Position numbers and translations under genes: made by a program. The notes beneath the pieces are model-generated. The model saw nothing but the letters and a program-made list of their open reading frames with translations. It searched no databases and had not been told where the DNA came from. A stretch of 59,476 nt of DNA, taken from IMG/VR virus record IMGVR_UViG_3300029544_000210, positions 84,406 through 143,881 of that record. The stretch is one strand, 5' to 3'. Positions 1 through 9,030 of the stretch are shown here, in pieces. How positions within the stretch are numbered: the first letter of the stretch is position 1; each line of letters begins with the position of its first letter. This stretch comes from a virus (taxonomy: Duplodnaviria; Heunggongvirae; Uroviricota; Caudoviricetes).

Positions 1-396
1 ATATAACTCTGCTTCAAATGCAACTCTTTCAGAATCTTCCGTTGGTGCATTTAAGATTAACTGCACCTTTAAATCCTTGTATTTGTCTTTATCAACAATC
101 TGACTTGCAATCCATCTTCCATAACCATCAACTATATATACTTTACCTTCTTCCCAATGTGGTACACCAAGTAAAGGCATAAGTTTCCTTTCATCCCAAT
201 TATTAGTGAGATATTTTAAATCTCTCTCCGTTCTTTCGTCTGTCTGATACCGTGAATCAACTTCCATTAACTCAACAGGTATTCTGATAATTGCAATGTC
301 TTCATGCATATCAGTGTATGCCTTTGTAAGACCTTCTAACTTGTCAACACTTCCCTTTGATTTTCTTCCTGTTACTACTTCAAACATTTTGCACAT
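1..396 (-). CDS. ParB/Srx-like domain protein (partial, runs off window; resembles 8202..9011)
   Basis: Manual translation MCKMFEVVTG...IPVELMEVDSRYQ...KVYIVDGYGRWIA; YQ...DG.(H/G)R pattern of ParB-like N-domains; AGAGGT RBS upstream. Confidence 0.6.
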   Translation of the reverse strand, partial: MCKMFEVVTGRKSKGSVDKLEGLTKAYTDMHEDIAIIRIPVELMEVDSRYQTDERTERDLKYLTNNWDERKLMPLLGVPHWEEGKVYIVDGYGRWIASQIVDKDKYKDLKVQLILNAPTEDSERVAFEAELY

Positions 397-475
397 AATT
401 AACTACCTCTTTCCTTTTAATATTTTTAATATGTATTTTGTGTATAAAAAAACGGCTTGCCTTTCGGTTCGCCGT

Positions 476-640
476 TTAGTTACTAAACTTTTCAAACACC
501 CCTGACTTAAGCATATCTGATTTCCAACACTCAAAGTCTGGATATTCTGCTTTGTTTGCTAAGTCTCTGTAGACTTCATACATCTGCTTTTCTGTGAATG
601 TTTTACCTTTTAGCGGTTCTTCATATGTTATATATTTCAT
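476..640 (-). CDS. small hypothetical protein (54 aa)
   Basis: MKYITYEEPLKGKTFTEKQMYEVY...; GAGGTG RBS, coupled to upstream stop. Confidence 0.6.
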   Translation of the reverse strand: MKYITYEEPLKGKTFTEKQMYEVYRDLANKAEYPDFECWKSDMLKSGVFEKFSN

Positions 641-759
641 TATATTTCACCTCTTTCTATTAAATAATTTCTGTATGCAGTTTCGCTTTCAAACTGCTGA
701 TATTTGCCTATACTTGGCACAAATCCCATATAAGCAAACCCGTTATAATATCCCTTCAT
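640..759 (-). CDS. small hypothetical protein (39 aa)
   Basis: MKGYYNGFAYMGFVPSIGKYQQFESE...; AGGAGG RBS; stop overlaps next start. Confidence 0.55.
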   Translation of the reverse strand: MKGYYNGFAYMGFVPSIGKYQQFESETAYRNYLIERGEI

Positions 760-952
760 GTATTATCCTCCTTGCAAAATGTACTATTCTTACTGTTATC
801 TTTTTGTTCTCTTTAAGCTTTCTCATTTTCTCTTTTATTGCTCTTTCGTGAAGATAATCCTCATCGTCTTTAATAATTTCTGCCTCTGGACGTGTATCTA
901 CTACACAAACTCCGTTACTTGCTATATAGGTTACTGTTGGTAACATTTTCAT
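743..952 (-). CDS. hypothetical protein
   Basis: ORF track; AAGGAGGT RBS; ATGA overlap with upstream gene. Confidence 0.65.
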   Translation of the reverse strand: MKMLPTVTYIASNGVCVVDTRPEAEIIKDDEDYLHERAIKEKMRKLKENKKITVRIVHFARRIIHEGIL

Positions 953-1089
953 ACCTCCTTTAATCTTGCATCACGCATAATCCGTGAGATTTCATTTTCC
1001 GTTTTGGCGTTGGCTATTGCCTGTAATGTACCTTCTGAATACTGTAATTGCTTTGCGATGCGTATAGCATCATATTTTGTTTTACTCAT
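949..1089 (-). CDS. small hypothetical protein (46 aa)
   Basis: MSKTKYDAIRIAKQLQYSE...; GGGAG RBS. Confidence 0.6.
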   Translation of the reverse strand: MSKTKYDAIRIAKQLQYSEGTLQAIANAKTENEISRIMRDARLKEV

Positions 1090-1106
1090 AGTTATATTCT
1101 CCCTTC

Positions 1107-1295
1107 TCATTTTGCTATTATGAAATCATAGCAATCTGTATCTGTGTAGATGGTTATATTATTCCCATTTTGCGTTACTGACGTTACTTTGTTTAAATTT
1201 AAGTAACCGTATTTGCTAGGCATATTTTTGCCTATTAAAAAAGCACTCAATATGAGTGCTAAAGTAATGAGTATATATGCTATTTTGCGTTTCAT
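1107..1295 (-). CDS. small protein with N-terminal membrane anchor
   Basis: MKRKIAYILITLALILSAFLIG hydrophobic helix; AAGGAGGT RBS. Confidence 0.65.
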   Translation of the reverse strand: MKRKIAYILITLALILSAFLIGKNMPSKYGYLNLNKVTSVTQNGNNITIYTDTDCYDFIIAK

Positions 1296-1388
1296 TTTGT
1301 GTTTACCTCCTTAATTTTGGGTATAAAAATAGCACCTAACAGATTTTCATTTCCATTAGATGCTATATAAATATGACACTTTATGAGA

Positions 1389-1706
1389 TTATTTTTTTAC
1401 AAGTTCCATTTTATAACCAAGTGCATCAATAATTTTCACAAATAAAACTAATGATGGACTATGTGTTTTCTTTTCAAACCGTGAGATACTTTGCTGTTTG
1501 CTTTCCGTTAAATCGGCTAATTCCTTTTGAGAAATATTAGACTCTTTCCGTAATTTAACAACATTATCAATTAAGTTGTTCTCTATATCCTCTGCACGAA
1601 AAGTAGTGGCTGGTAAACCACTTACTTCTCGAACTGCAATTTGCTTTTGGTCGATTGCAACAGCTTCTAATAACCCTTGCATTGTATCATCAAAAAATTT
1701 GCTCAT
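1389..1706 (-). CDS. higA: HigA-like HTH (XRE) antitoxin
   Basis: MSKFFDDTMQGLLEAVA N-terminus plus HTH_3 (LRKESNISQKELADL...QQSISRFE), directly downstream of a RelE-type toxin. Confidence 0.75.
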   Translation of the reverse strand: MSKFFDDTMQGLLEAVAIDQKQIAVREVSGLPATTFRAEDIENNLIDNVVKLRKESNISQKELADLTESKQQSISRFEKKTHSPSLVLFVKIIDALGYKMELVKK

Positions 1707-1708
1707 GA

Positions 1709-2044
1709 TTATTCCTCCTTTAAAATTTTTACTACTGCCTTTAGAGCTTTCTTTTCATCAGGTGTTAAGTCTGCCTTTTCATCTTTTGAGTAGACATTGA
1801 CAAGATATACAGTTTCTTTTATATCAACATCTACATAAATTACTCTTGCACCACTTCGTTTCCCTTTTCCTTTATTCTCCATTGGGATACGGATTTTTCT
1901 TAATCCACCTGTATGAGAAATAGTATCTCCTAATTTCGGATTTTCTAATAAAATTTCTTGTAAGTCTTTTAAATTTTTATCAGTTAATCCTAAATCTTGC
2001 CATTTAGCGGTAAAAATTGGTGTTTCAATAAAGGTTCGTGTCAT
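1709..2044 (-). CDS. higB: RelE/HigB-family toxin
   Basis: MTRTFIETPIF...NPKLGDTISHTGGLRKIRI...GKRSGARVIY...YSKDEKADL is the typical HigB-2/RelE signature; start moved to ATG 2044 after AAGGAG. Confidence 0.85.
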   Translation of the reverse strand: MTRTFIETPIFTAKWQDLGLTDKNLKDLQEILLENPKLGDTISHTGGLRKIRIPMENKGKGKRSGARVIYVDVDIKETVYLVNVYSKDEKADLTPDEKKALKAVVKILKEE

Positions 2045-2074
2045 ATTTTTATTTTCTCCTTTGTTTATACACCT

Positions 2075-2104
2075 ATAATACATCAAATTTGTTGTATTTG
2101 TCAA
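2075..2104 (-). promoter_or_regulatory. sigmaA promoter of the TA operon with overlapping palindromic operator
   Basis: TTGACA-18-TATTAT; imperfect palindrome AATACAACAAATTTGATGTATT spans the spacer and -10. Confidence 0.6.
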
Positions 2105-2220
2105 GTCAAAAATAGCACCCTTTGCGTTTGGGTACTTAGTGGATGTTGCTATTATATTTGACGCAGTTAGTCTTCAAAACTATAATTTGCGTCTATGTCT
2201 GCAATTTGCTCATTATAATA

Positions 2221-2397
2221 TTAACGAAGTTCATAGTTACTTCCGTGCGATGGATAGCCTTCAGCTTCGCATTGTTCGGCTATCTCCTGGCATTCTTCTT
2301 GATATGCCTTTTCAAGTTCGCAGATCTTATCTATATCCGCTTTTGTGTAAACATTTGCTTTGAGCATAGAGTTACGCATATCTTCGATTGATGGCAT
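2221..2397 (-). CDS. small hypothetical protein, possibly truncated by premature stop
   Basis: MPSIEDMRNSMLKANVY...GSNYELR* with AGGAGG RBS; frame stays open 17 more codons after the TAA. Confidence 0.5.
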   Translation of the reverse strand: MPSIEDMRNSMLKANVYTKADIDKICELEKAYQEECQEIAEQCEAEGYPSHGSNYELR

Positions 2398-2412
2398 AAT
2401 AATTCCTCCTTT

Positions 2413-2691
2413 TTACATCTGATTTAATTTTGCCTGAAGCTCGGCTATTTGAGCTTCAATAGCTTGTTTCTCAATTTCTTTTGCATTCCATTCCGCATCT
2501 GGAATCCATTCCATGATTTCAAATGGTTGGACACAAAGATATTCACATACTTTATTTATTGTATCAGAACTTATATTTTCGTTTTTTGAAAATCTTGTTG
2601 GCATATTTTGAGACAAACCTGCATTACATAAGTCTTTCCATGTCATATTGCGTATTTTTAAAAGTTGCCCTAATTTATTAAAAACTATCAT
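2413..2691 (-). CDS. Cro/CI-type HTH transcriptional regulator (YozG/HTH_26-like)
   Basis: MIVFNKLGQLLKIRNMTWKDL...NENISSDTINKVCEYLCVQPFEIMEW. Confidence 0.8.
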   Translation of the reverse strand: MIVFNKLGQLLKIRNMTWKDLCNAGLSQNMPTRFSKNENISSDTINKVCEYLCVQPFEIMEWIPDAEWNAKEIEKQAIEAQIAELQAKLNQM

Positions 2692-2767
2692 ATATTATAC
2701 CTCCATCAATTATTAGCACCTCCTATTCTATCACATTATTTTGTAATTTTCAATATGTGTAAAATCC

Positions 2768-2812
2768 ACACTATAAAAGCGGTAAAGTTTCTCTTACCGC
2801 CTCTAACTATAG
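2768..2812 (-). terminator. intrinsic terminator
   Basis: Minus strand GCGGTAAGAG-AAA-CTTTACCGC followed by TTTT. Confidence 0.6.
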
Positions 2813-2819
2813 ATTTTTA

Positions 2820-3659
2820 TTACTTTTCTGCAAAGTAGTGCTTAATTACAATATTGCTAATAGTGCTTGCAAGTCCAGAATAATCATATTCCATCTTGCC
2901 TGTCTTACGATTCTTTTTTGCCTTTACTAATGTATTAATCTGACGCTCTTTGAAGGATATAGTGTCCTTCTTATCATCAATATCAAATTTGTTAGAGAAC
3001 CCCTTTACATAGCAATCATTAAGAAGTTTCTTGTCCTCTGCTGTTAATTTAACTCTTGTCTTTGCTGTGTATGGAGTTTCAAAAGGCAGACTGAAGGTTG
3101 TCTTAATGATTGTTTCAAGTTCTGTACTTGCTTTCTTGTATGCTTCTTTTACTTCATTTGACATTGTTATATTGCCATTTTCTCCTGCCTTAGAATTAAT
3201 ATGAATTGCCTCTAAAGCATTATATAATTCTGGTGACTGAAAAGCAGGAATGATTGCATATTTTACCAATTTAGAGTTATCCCATGAAGCAAGCACCCTA
3301 AGAACTGTACGGACTACGTCCTTATTATTGCCAAAATGGTCTTTGTTCTTATTGGTCAATGAAGCAAATACCTTATTGTAAACCTCAAGAGTTTCTTCTT
3401 TAGATGTTTCAAGGTCAGACTTTTCCTGCTTAACATCCTCAAGTTTCTGGTTAAGGTCATCAAGCTTAACCTTCTTTTTATCCTCAGACATATCCTCATT
3501 TTTCTCAAGGTTTGCTATCTGAGTGTTTAACCGTGAAATATCAGCTTCAGCCATCTGAATGAGCATTGCACACTTTTCATGTTCAACTGCTGTCATTAAT
3601 TCCTGCTTCTTCTCATCCGTGATTTTTTCTGCGTAAAAATTGATTGACAAAGTTCTCAT
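2820..3659 (-). CDS. hypothetical coiled-coil protein (first early gene)
   Basis: 279-aa ORF, AGAGGT RBS. Confidence 0.75.
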   Translation of the reverse strand: MRTLSINFYAEKITDEKKQELMTAVEHEKCAMLIQMAEADISRLNTQIANLEKNEDMSEDKKKVKLDDLNQKLEDVKQEKSDLETSKEETLEVYNKVFASLTNKNKDHFGNNKDVVRTVLRVLASWDNSKLVKYAIIPAFQSPELYNALEAIHINSKAGENGNITMSNEVKEAYKKASTELETIIKTTFSLPFETPYTAKTRVKLTAEDKKLLNDCYVKGFSNKFDIDDKKDTISFKERQINTLVKAKKNRKTGKMEYDYSGLASTISNIVIKHYFAEK

Positions 3660-3736
3660 AATATACCTCTTTCCCCGACTTAACGCAATCGGTGCAATAT
3701 AATATTTTTATTGTATTTATAATTGTAGTGTTATGC

Positions 3737-3790
3737 ACACTATAAAAGGGTAGACTAATTGTGTATAGTCCACCCTTCTAACTATGTATA
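3737..3790 (-). terminator. intrinsic terminator closing the long early leader RNA
   Basis: Minus strand AAGGGTGGACTA...TAGTCTACCCTT followed by TT. Confidence 0.55.
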
Positions 3791-4645
3791 AAACTTTGTA
3801 GGGAACGCCTCACCTACTAGCGTAATGAGCATATTAACATTAAATCCAGTTAAGAGGATAGATACTCCATAAGTATACTTATTGTAGGCATTACCCTGCT
3901 AATAAATAAATGCTTGTAGGTTTTACCCTGCAAACTATGTTATATCTATCATTAACCTTTTATATTTTAGTTGCTATCAGCTTGGTTATCGACTTCACAA
4001 CTTTAACCGTGATTTAATCGGTTAAGATTTTTTATTGACCGTCAACTACTACCTTGTAAACACTCACACCCTGGAATATAAGCTGAAGGGTTCGCACTTG
4101 AGCCTTATGTCTTTTCTGACATCTTCCTCCCATTATTGGCAGGGTAAAGGCACACCACTTTAATATGATGCGAAGATTGTTAATCTTCGGGCTTATGCAC
4201 CTATTTCAAAGTACAATTTGAGCCGTCCTCATAGGATTTTAGAGTAAACCCATAAAACCTATTATTCAATTTGTATAAGGTTAAACTCATTGAGATACAA
4301 CCTTAGAATCTTATATCCTACTATAGTCTTTTGTATCTATTCCAGGGAATAAATACAGTGCCTATATAAGAAATATAAAATTGTTTTTTCCTATGGGGAT
4401 TTACTAATACACTGAATCGTGATAAAATAGACTTGTTCAGGGACTATTTACACAATTACTTGTAATTAGTCGGCTATATATTCAAGATATTCTTGTTCAG
4501 TCGCAAAAAGCATATAACTTTTTGTGGCTGAAATATAGCCATAATACCCATTGGGTACACTGTACCCTTTTGGAATATTATTCACTTTTCAAATATGGCA
4601 CCTCCTATTCTGGTTTTAATGACTTATTCCTTGTCAAGCTGTTGT
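3790..4645 (-). ncRNA. putative long structured non-coding RNA / leader (~850 nt)
   Basis: No ORF >=60 aa in the transcribed direction; many hairpins and a 10-bp long-range helix 4069-4078/4338-4347; lies between triple promoters and a terminator. Confidence 0.45.
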
Positions 4646-4659
4646 TTTATTGTGATTGT

Positions 4660-4866
4660 AGTATATCACAATGTATTGTGTTTGTCAATATGTTGTGTTA
4701 AGTTTTCCCGACCTTACGAGGAAGGTTCGTTTTACAGTACTTTCTTAACTTGGCTATATCTTATCACAATTAATTGTGATTGTCAACAGATTATTTGAAT
4801 TTTTTTAAATCAAATTGTTTATCTGTTGTTGTATCGTATGTTATCACTATTTATTGTCATTGTCAA
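4660..4866 (-). promoter_or_regulatory. three tandem sigmaA early promoters, each with a TCACAAT-N2-ATTGTGA-like operator in the spacer
   Basis: TTGACA-17-TATACT (4688-4660), TTGACA-17-TAAGAT (4786-4758), TTGACA-17-TAACAT (4866-4838); all have TG extended -10. Confidence 0.8.
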
Positions 4867-5049
4867 TAGATTATTTATAATATTTTAAATCTTTTTTAAA
4901 CGATATCAAAATGATATCATATAGCAAATCAAACCATATGACATAGTTTTAAAAACTACATCGAATCTGCTCAAAAGTATCAGTAAAAATAATGGTTAAT
5001 ATATATCTATTAGCCATTGTTTTTATATGTTGGGGGTATTTAAAACCAA

Positions 5050-6120
5050 AATGATAGTCGCATTTTGGCAGCATCCACTTAGCTGGTTATTCTACACACC
5101 AACTCAAAAATCTAACCCTTCCCCAATATTCAAAATCTCCACTAAAATCAAGCAAAATCCCAATTCTTCCCATCCCAACCCCATATCGTACCCCATATCG
5201 CTCAAACCCACTAATCAAGCCACTTTCATTCACTTTACAACCCAAAAATTAAACTTCCATCTTATCAAAAATTCATTCACAAATCCAAAATCTTCCTTAT
5301 TTATAAGTACTTTTACCGATAATCATTTTTAATCCAAAATCTATCATTAATAATTAATCACACAAATCACAACTCTCTCATCTACAATACAAGGGGGTGC
5401 ATAAAAACCACACCAGAAAACCCAAAAAATCGCCTATATGCATCACAAAAACAACCAAAAATATAATACAAACCATCAAAAAATCCCACTATAACAATAC
5501 TAAAGAATCTCATTTCTCATCTAAACCCTCCATCTCGCCAATACACAGCGTTTTCATTTTACCCTACCAATAACACCTAAAATCATTTTTTCCCACCCAA
5601 ATGCTCAAAATACAAGGTCAATTTTTTACATCACCCAAAATTACATTAACTATCTATATACATTCACATACATTTACTATAAATAATATTGTCAATTCTC
5701 ACGCCTATACAAAAATCCACTCTCACAGCTCAAATTTCAATTTTTATCCTCTACCCTAACAACTAACCACCTGACATATAAAAATCCAAAATAGACTCTA
5801 AATCATTAATTTTTCGCCTTATATCCAATGTAAAGAATTTTACATTAACTCTCTTTGTTAATTAACATATTCATACAATACTAAAAATTCATAATTTTAA
5901 ATTCATATAAGAGAATAATCTATTGTGAATAATCATCACACCACTCTCATCAAACAAAAATTAATAAATTTATTAGCGGATAAAATTGCATCTTAATCTA
6001 TTTAGGGAGAAAATCACACCTCACAGAAAAATTAGCCACTTTTATCTCATACCCTTATAAGTTATCACTTAAGACATAAAAATTGAAAATTACTCTCAAA
6101 AACTCATTTTAAACCCACAG
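5050..6120. other. extremely G-poor (A/C-rich on +) non-coding spacer at the transcription divergence point
   Basis: Only 6 G in 5101-5390; bounded by GGGG(G)T...AAAAC motifs. Confidence 0.6.
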
Positions 6121-6284
6121 ATAGGGGTATGAGAAAACTATATACAAGCTCAAAAAAGATATAGTATGTGCGTAAGCACAAGATGTAGCCCTTTGATAAG
6201 GGCGGTCTTTTCGCAGCGTTAGCAGGAAAAGAACATCTCTAGGTAGACAATTGAAGAGAGAATAATATATCAAAGGAGTAATCT

Positions 6285-6656
6285 ATGATACAAGAACATG
6301 AAATACCCAAATATAAAAAATCTAAGAAAAGCAATATCTCAAAAAGCAATCATAAGTCCAAACACAAACATCAATATGAAGAATGCTTGATTCAATATAA
6401 TTCGACATTTGTTGGAAAAACAAATAGACATACAAGATTAACTGGATATTGTACTATTTGTGGAAAAATAGGTTCAGTCAAAAATGGAAAATATGAAACT
6501 GAACTAGAACAACTAAGAAAAGAAAGACAAGGTGATAGTAAATTTTGTGTATTTATATCAGATGAAGAAATATATGAAAAATATCATAATAAGTTACCTG
6601 TGTTTTATATTGATGATCCATTTGCTAATTATGTTGTTTTAGAAAGAGAAAAATAA
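6285..6656 (+). CDS. hypothetical protein with basic N-terminus and HxH/CxxC zinc motif
   Basis: KHKHQYEECL...YCTICGKI; AAGGAG RBS. Confidence 0.7.
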   Translation: MIQEHEIPKYKKSKKSNISKSNHKSKHKHQYEECLIQYNSTFVGKTNRHTRLTGYCTICGKIGSVKNGKYETELEQLRKERQGDSKFCVFISDEEIYEKYHNKLPVFYIDDPFANYVVLEREK

Positions 6657-6853
6657 TTCAGAAGGAAAAAATGATATTATGAAAAAGCCAATTTTATTTA
6701 AAAGAACAAGAAAATCTGTTATAAGAAAGTTATCAAATTCTTATATAAGAGAAAATCTTGAATATTTTGGATATATGTTTTCAACATTAGAAATATGTTA
6801 TATGCTATTTCACTTAAAAGAAATAAATAATATGTTTCAAGGTCAGAAATAAT

Positions 6854-7097
6854 ATAGGTACGTCATATATGTACCCAAATGAAAATATCAATTAAAAAAC
6901 ACCATGTACCTAAAATAACCAATAACAATTAACCAAAAAATTATGGAGTTTGTATGAAGTGAAACGAAATACAAACGGAATATTCTTCTCTTGATAATAT
7001 GAGTCTATATAGATATAGACTGCACAAAATTGATAGCTGAGATGTACCCAAATGAAGTAAATTTTCACTTTTGGGTACATGCTGTATGTACCCAAAT
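6854..7097. repeat. ATGTACCCAAAT direct/inverted repeat cluster (iteron-like)
   Basis: Copies at 6869, 6904 (variant), 7042, 7070-7080 (inverted), 7086. Confidence 0.6.
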
Positions 7098-7235
7098 AAA
7101 TTTTTAACAATTTCATACAAGTGCAATTTTTAATGTTTTGTGAATTCAAATGGAGAATATACTATTGAACCACTTACCACACTCTCATCTCACAAATTGT
7201 AACTGTAAATTATGTTTTAGAAGAAAGGAAAGAAA

Positions 7236-8198
7236 ATGGAACAAAAAGAACTAAAGATTGATCCTGAATTAAGGGATTTATTACCACCACTTACTGATGA
7301 TGAGTACAAACGACTTGAAAAAAATATTGTAGAAAATGGATTTGACAAGAATTTTCCTATTATGGAATGGCATGGTTATATTGTAGATGGTCATAATCGT
7401 TACTCTGTGTGTCAGAAACATAATATTGAATACGTAGTTGGAACGCTTGCTTATGAAACAAAAGAAGAAGTTATGCAATGGATGCTAGATATTCAGCTAG
7501 GAAGACGTAATCTGTCTCCCATACAAAGAATTGCTGTAACTGAGAAGTATAGACCTATTTATGAAAAACAGGCGAAAGAAAATCTTGCAAAGGCTGGGAA
7601 TAATTATGGCGTTGGTAAAAATAAAAAGCCTTTTCAGAAATCTGAAAACCCTATTATTCCAATTAATACAACAAAAAAATTAGCCAACACAGCAGGCGTT
7701 TCTACTGATACATATTCGAAAGGTAAGAAAATTCTTGAATCTGATAACGAGGAATTAAAAAAAGAAGTTTTATCAGGCGAAAAAAGCATAAATGCTGGAT
7801 ATAGAGCATTACAAAATGAAAAGAAAAAAACACAATCATCTGATAATCAAACTAGAGAATATAATATTGATCAACTAACTACATCATCTCCTACTATTCA
7901 AAATTCTCAAAAAAATCAAGTCAGTGATGAAGTCAAACAAATATGCGAAGACCTTAAAACTGAAAAGTCAAAAGAATATCTTGATTCTATTTGGGACTAT
8001 AGAATTTCTATTATTGAATGTATGAATGCTGATTTCCAAATGTATTATGATGGATTTGTTAGTATTCTTAAAGATATGGAAAATAGAGTCAACAAATCAG
8101 AATTAGATGAATGTATTGCAAATGCAGAGAATAATATAACGAAACTATTAACAGCTATTGAATTAGCAAAAAATACAAAATTAAAAATGGAGGATTAA
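7236..8198 (+). CDS. ParB-like N-terminal domain protein with HTH
   Basis: IDPELRDLLPPLTDDEYKRLEKNIVENG...IVDGHNRY...QLGRRNLSP. Confidence 0.8.
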   Translation: MEQKELKIDPELRDLLPPLTDDEYKRLEKNIVENGFDKNFPIMEWHGYIVDGHNRYSVCQKHNIEYVVGTLAYETKEEVMQWMLDIQLGRRNLSPIQRIAVTEKYRPIYEKQAKENLAKAGNNYGVGKNKKPFQKSENPIIPINTTKKLANTAGVSTDTYSKGKKILESDNEELKKEVLSGEKSINAGYRALQNEKKKTQSSDNQTREYNIDQLTTSSPTIQNSQKNQVSDEVKQICEDLKTEKSKEYLDSIWDYRISIIECMNADFQMYYDGFVSILKDMENRVNKSELDECIANAENNITKLLTAIELAKNTKLKMED

Positions 8199-8201
8199 AG
8201 T

Positions 8202-9011
8202 ATGTTAATTAAAAAAGAGTATAAAAACATTCCACTTGATGAATTAGAGTCAATGACAGATTACCAAAGACCACTAAATCATGCATTTATTGAAGAAAAC
8301 AGTAAACCAGGAGTATTTGATAAAGATGCCGTTGAGTGTCCAAAAATTAGTGTGAGAAATGATGGTACTAGAAAAATGGGTGATGGTCAGCATACAGTAG
8401 GTATCGTAAGACGTGTTGGATGGAAATCTATTAGATGTGAATTGCGTTATGGCTTAACTGAACAGGAAGAAAATGATTGGTTTGCTCAAGAAAATACAAA
8501 AAGACAACCACAGAGTAGTAAAAGAATTTTAACGGCTCAAATCAGAGGTACATATAAAAAGAATAAAGATGAGCAAGATTTTTATAATTGTTTAAAATCT
8601 CTTGGATTTAAATTAAATATTTTTGGAGAAGAATCAGGAAGCGATTATAAGATTAATTGTACTGCTTCACTATTAAACTTGTATAAAGAATATGTATCTA
8701 CAAATAAAAAAGAGAAATTTATTGAGTGTATGGATATTCATAAAACTGCTTTTAGTGGAAATCCAATATCTTTACAGTGGAGTTTTATTAGAGGAATGTT
8801 TGATTTTTATGAAACATATAATAAGGAATTTGATAAAAAACGTTTATTAAATGTGTTATCTATCTCAGATCCACTTTCAATTAAGAAAGAAGCAGATAGT
8901 GATACATATACGGATAAAACATCTACAAAATACGCAAAGATTTTTGTATCTAAATATAACTATAAAGTTCCAAAAACAAAACGATTAAAAATGAGTAAAC
9001 TTGAAGATTAG
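8202..9011 (+). CDS. ParB/Srx-like domain protein (DUF6551-like)
   Basis: IPLDEL...DYQRPL...ISVRNDG...GDGQHT. Confidence 0.6.
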   Translation: MLIKKEYKNIPLDELESMTDYQRPLNHAFIEENSKPGVFDKDAVECPKISVRNDGTRKMGDGQHTVGIVRRVGWKSIRCELRYGLTEQEENDWFAQENTKRQPQSSKRILTAQIRGTYKKNKDEQDFYNCLKSLGFKLNIFGEESGSDYKINCTASLLNLYKEYVSTNKKEKFIECMDIHKTAFSGNPISLQWSFIRGMFDFYETYNKEFDKKRLLNVLSISDPLSIKKEADSDTYTDKTSTKYAKIFVSKYNYKVPKTKRLKMSKLED

Positions 9012-9030
9012 CATAGTGAGGTGATACGTC

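Noticed and set aside
5027..5332. 101-aa ORF in the G-poor spacer
   Set aside because: No RBS; P/S/T/K/N composition is an artefact of the base skew
6854..7097. CRISPR array
   Set aside because: Repeats are ~12 bp, irregularly spaced and in both orientations; no cas genes
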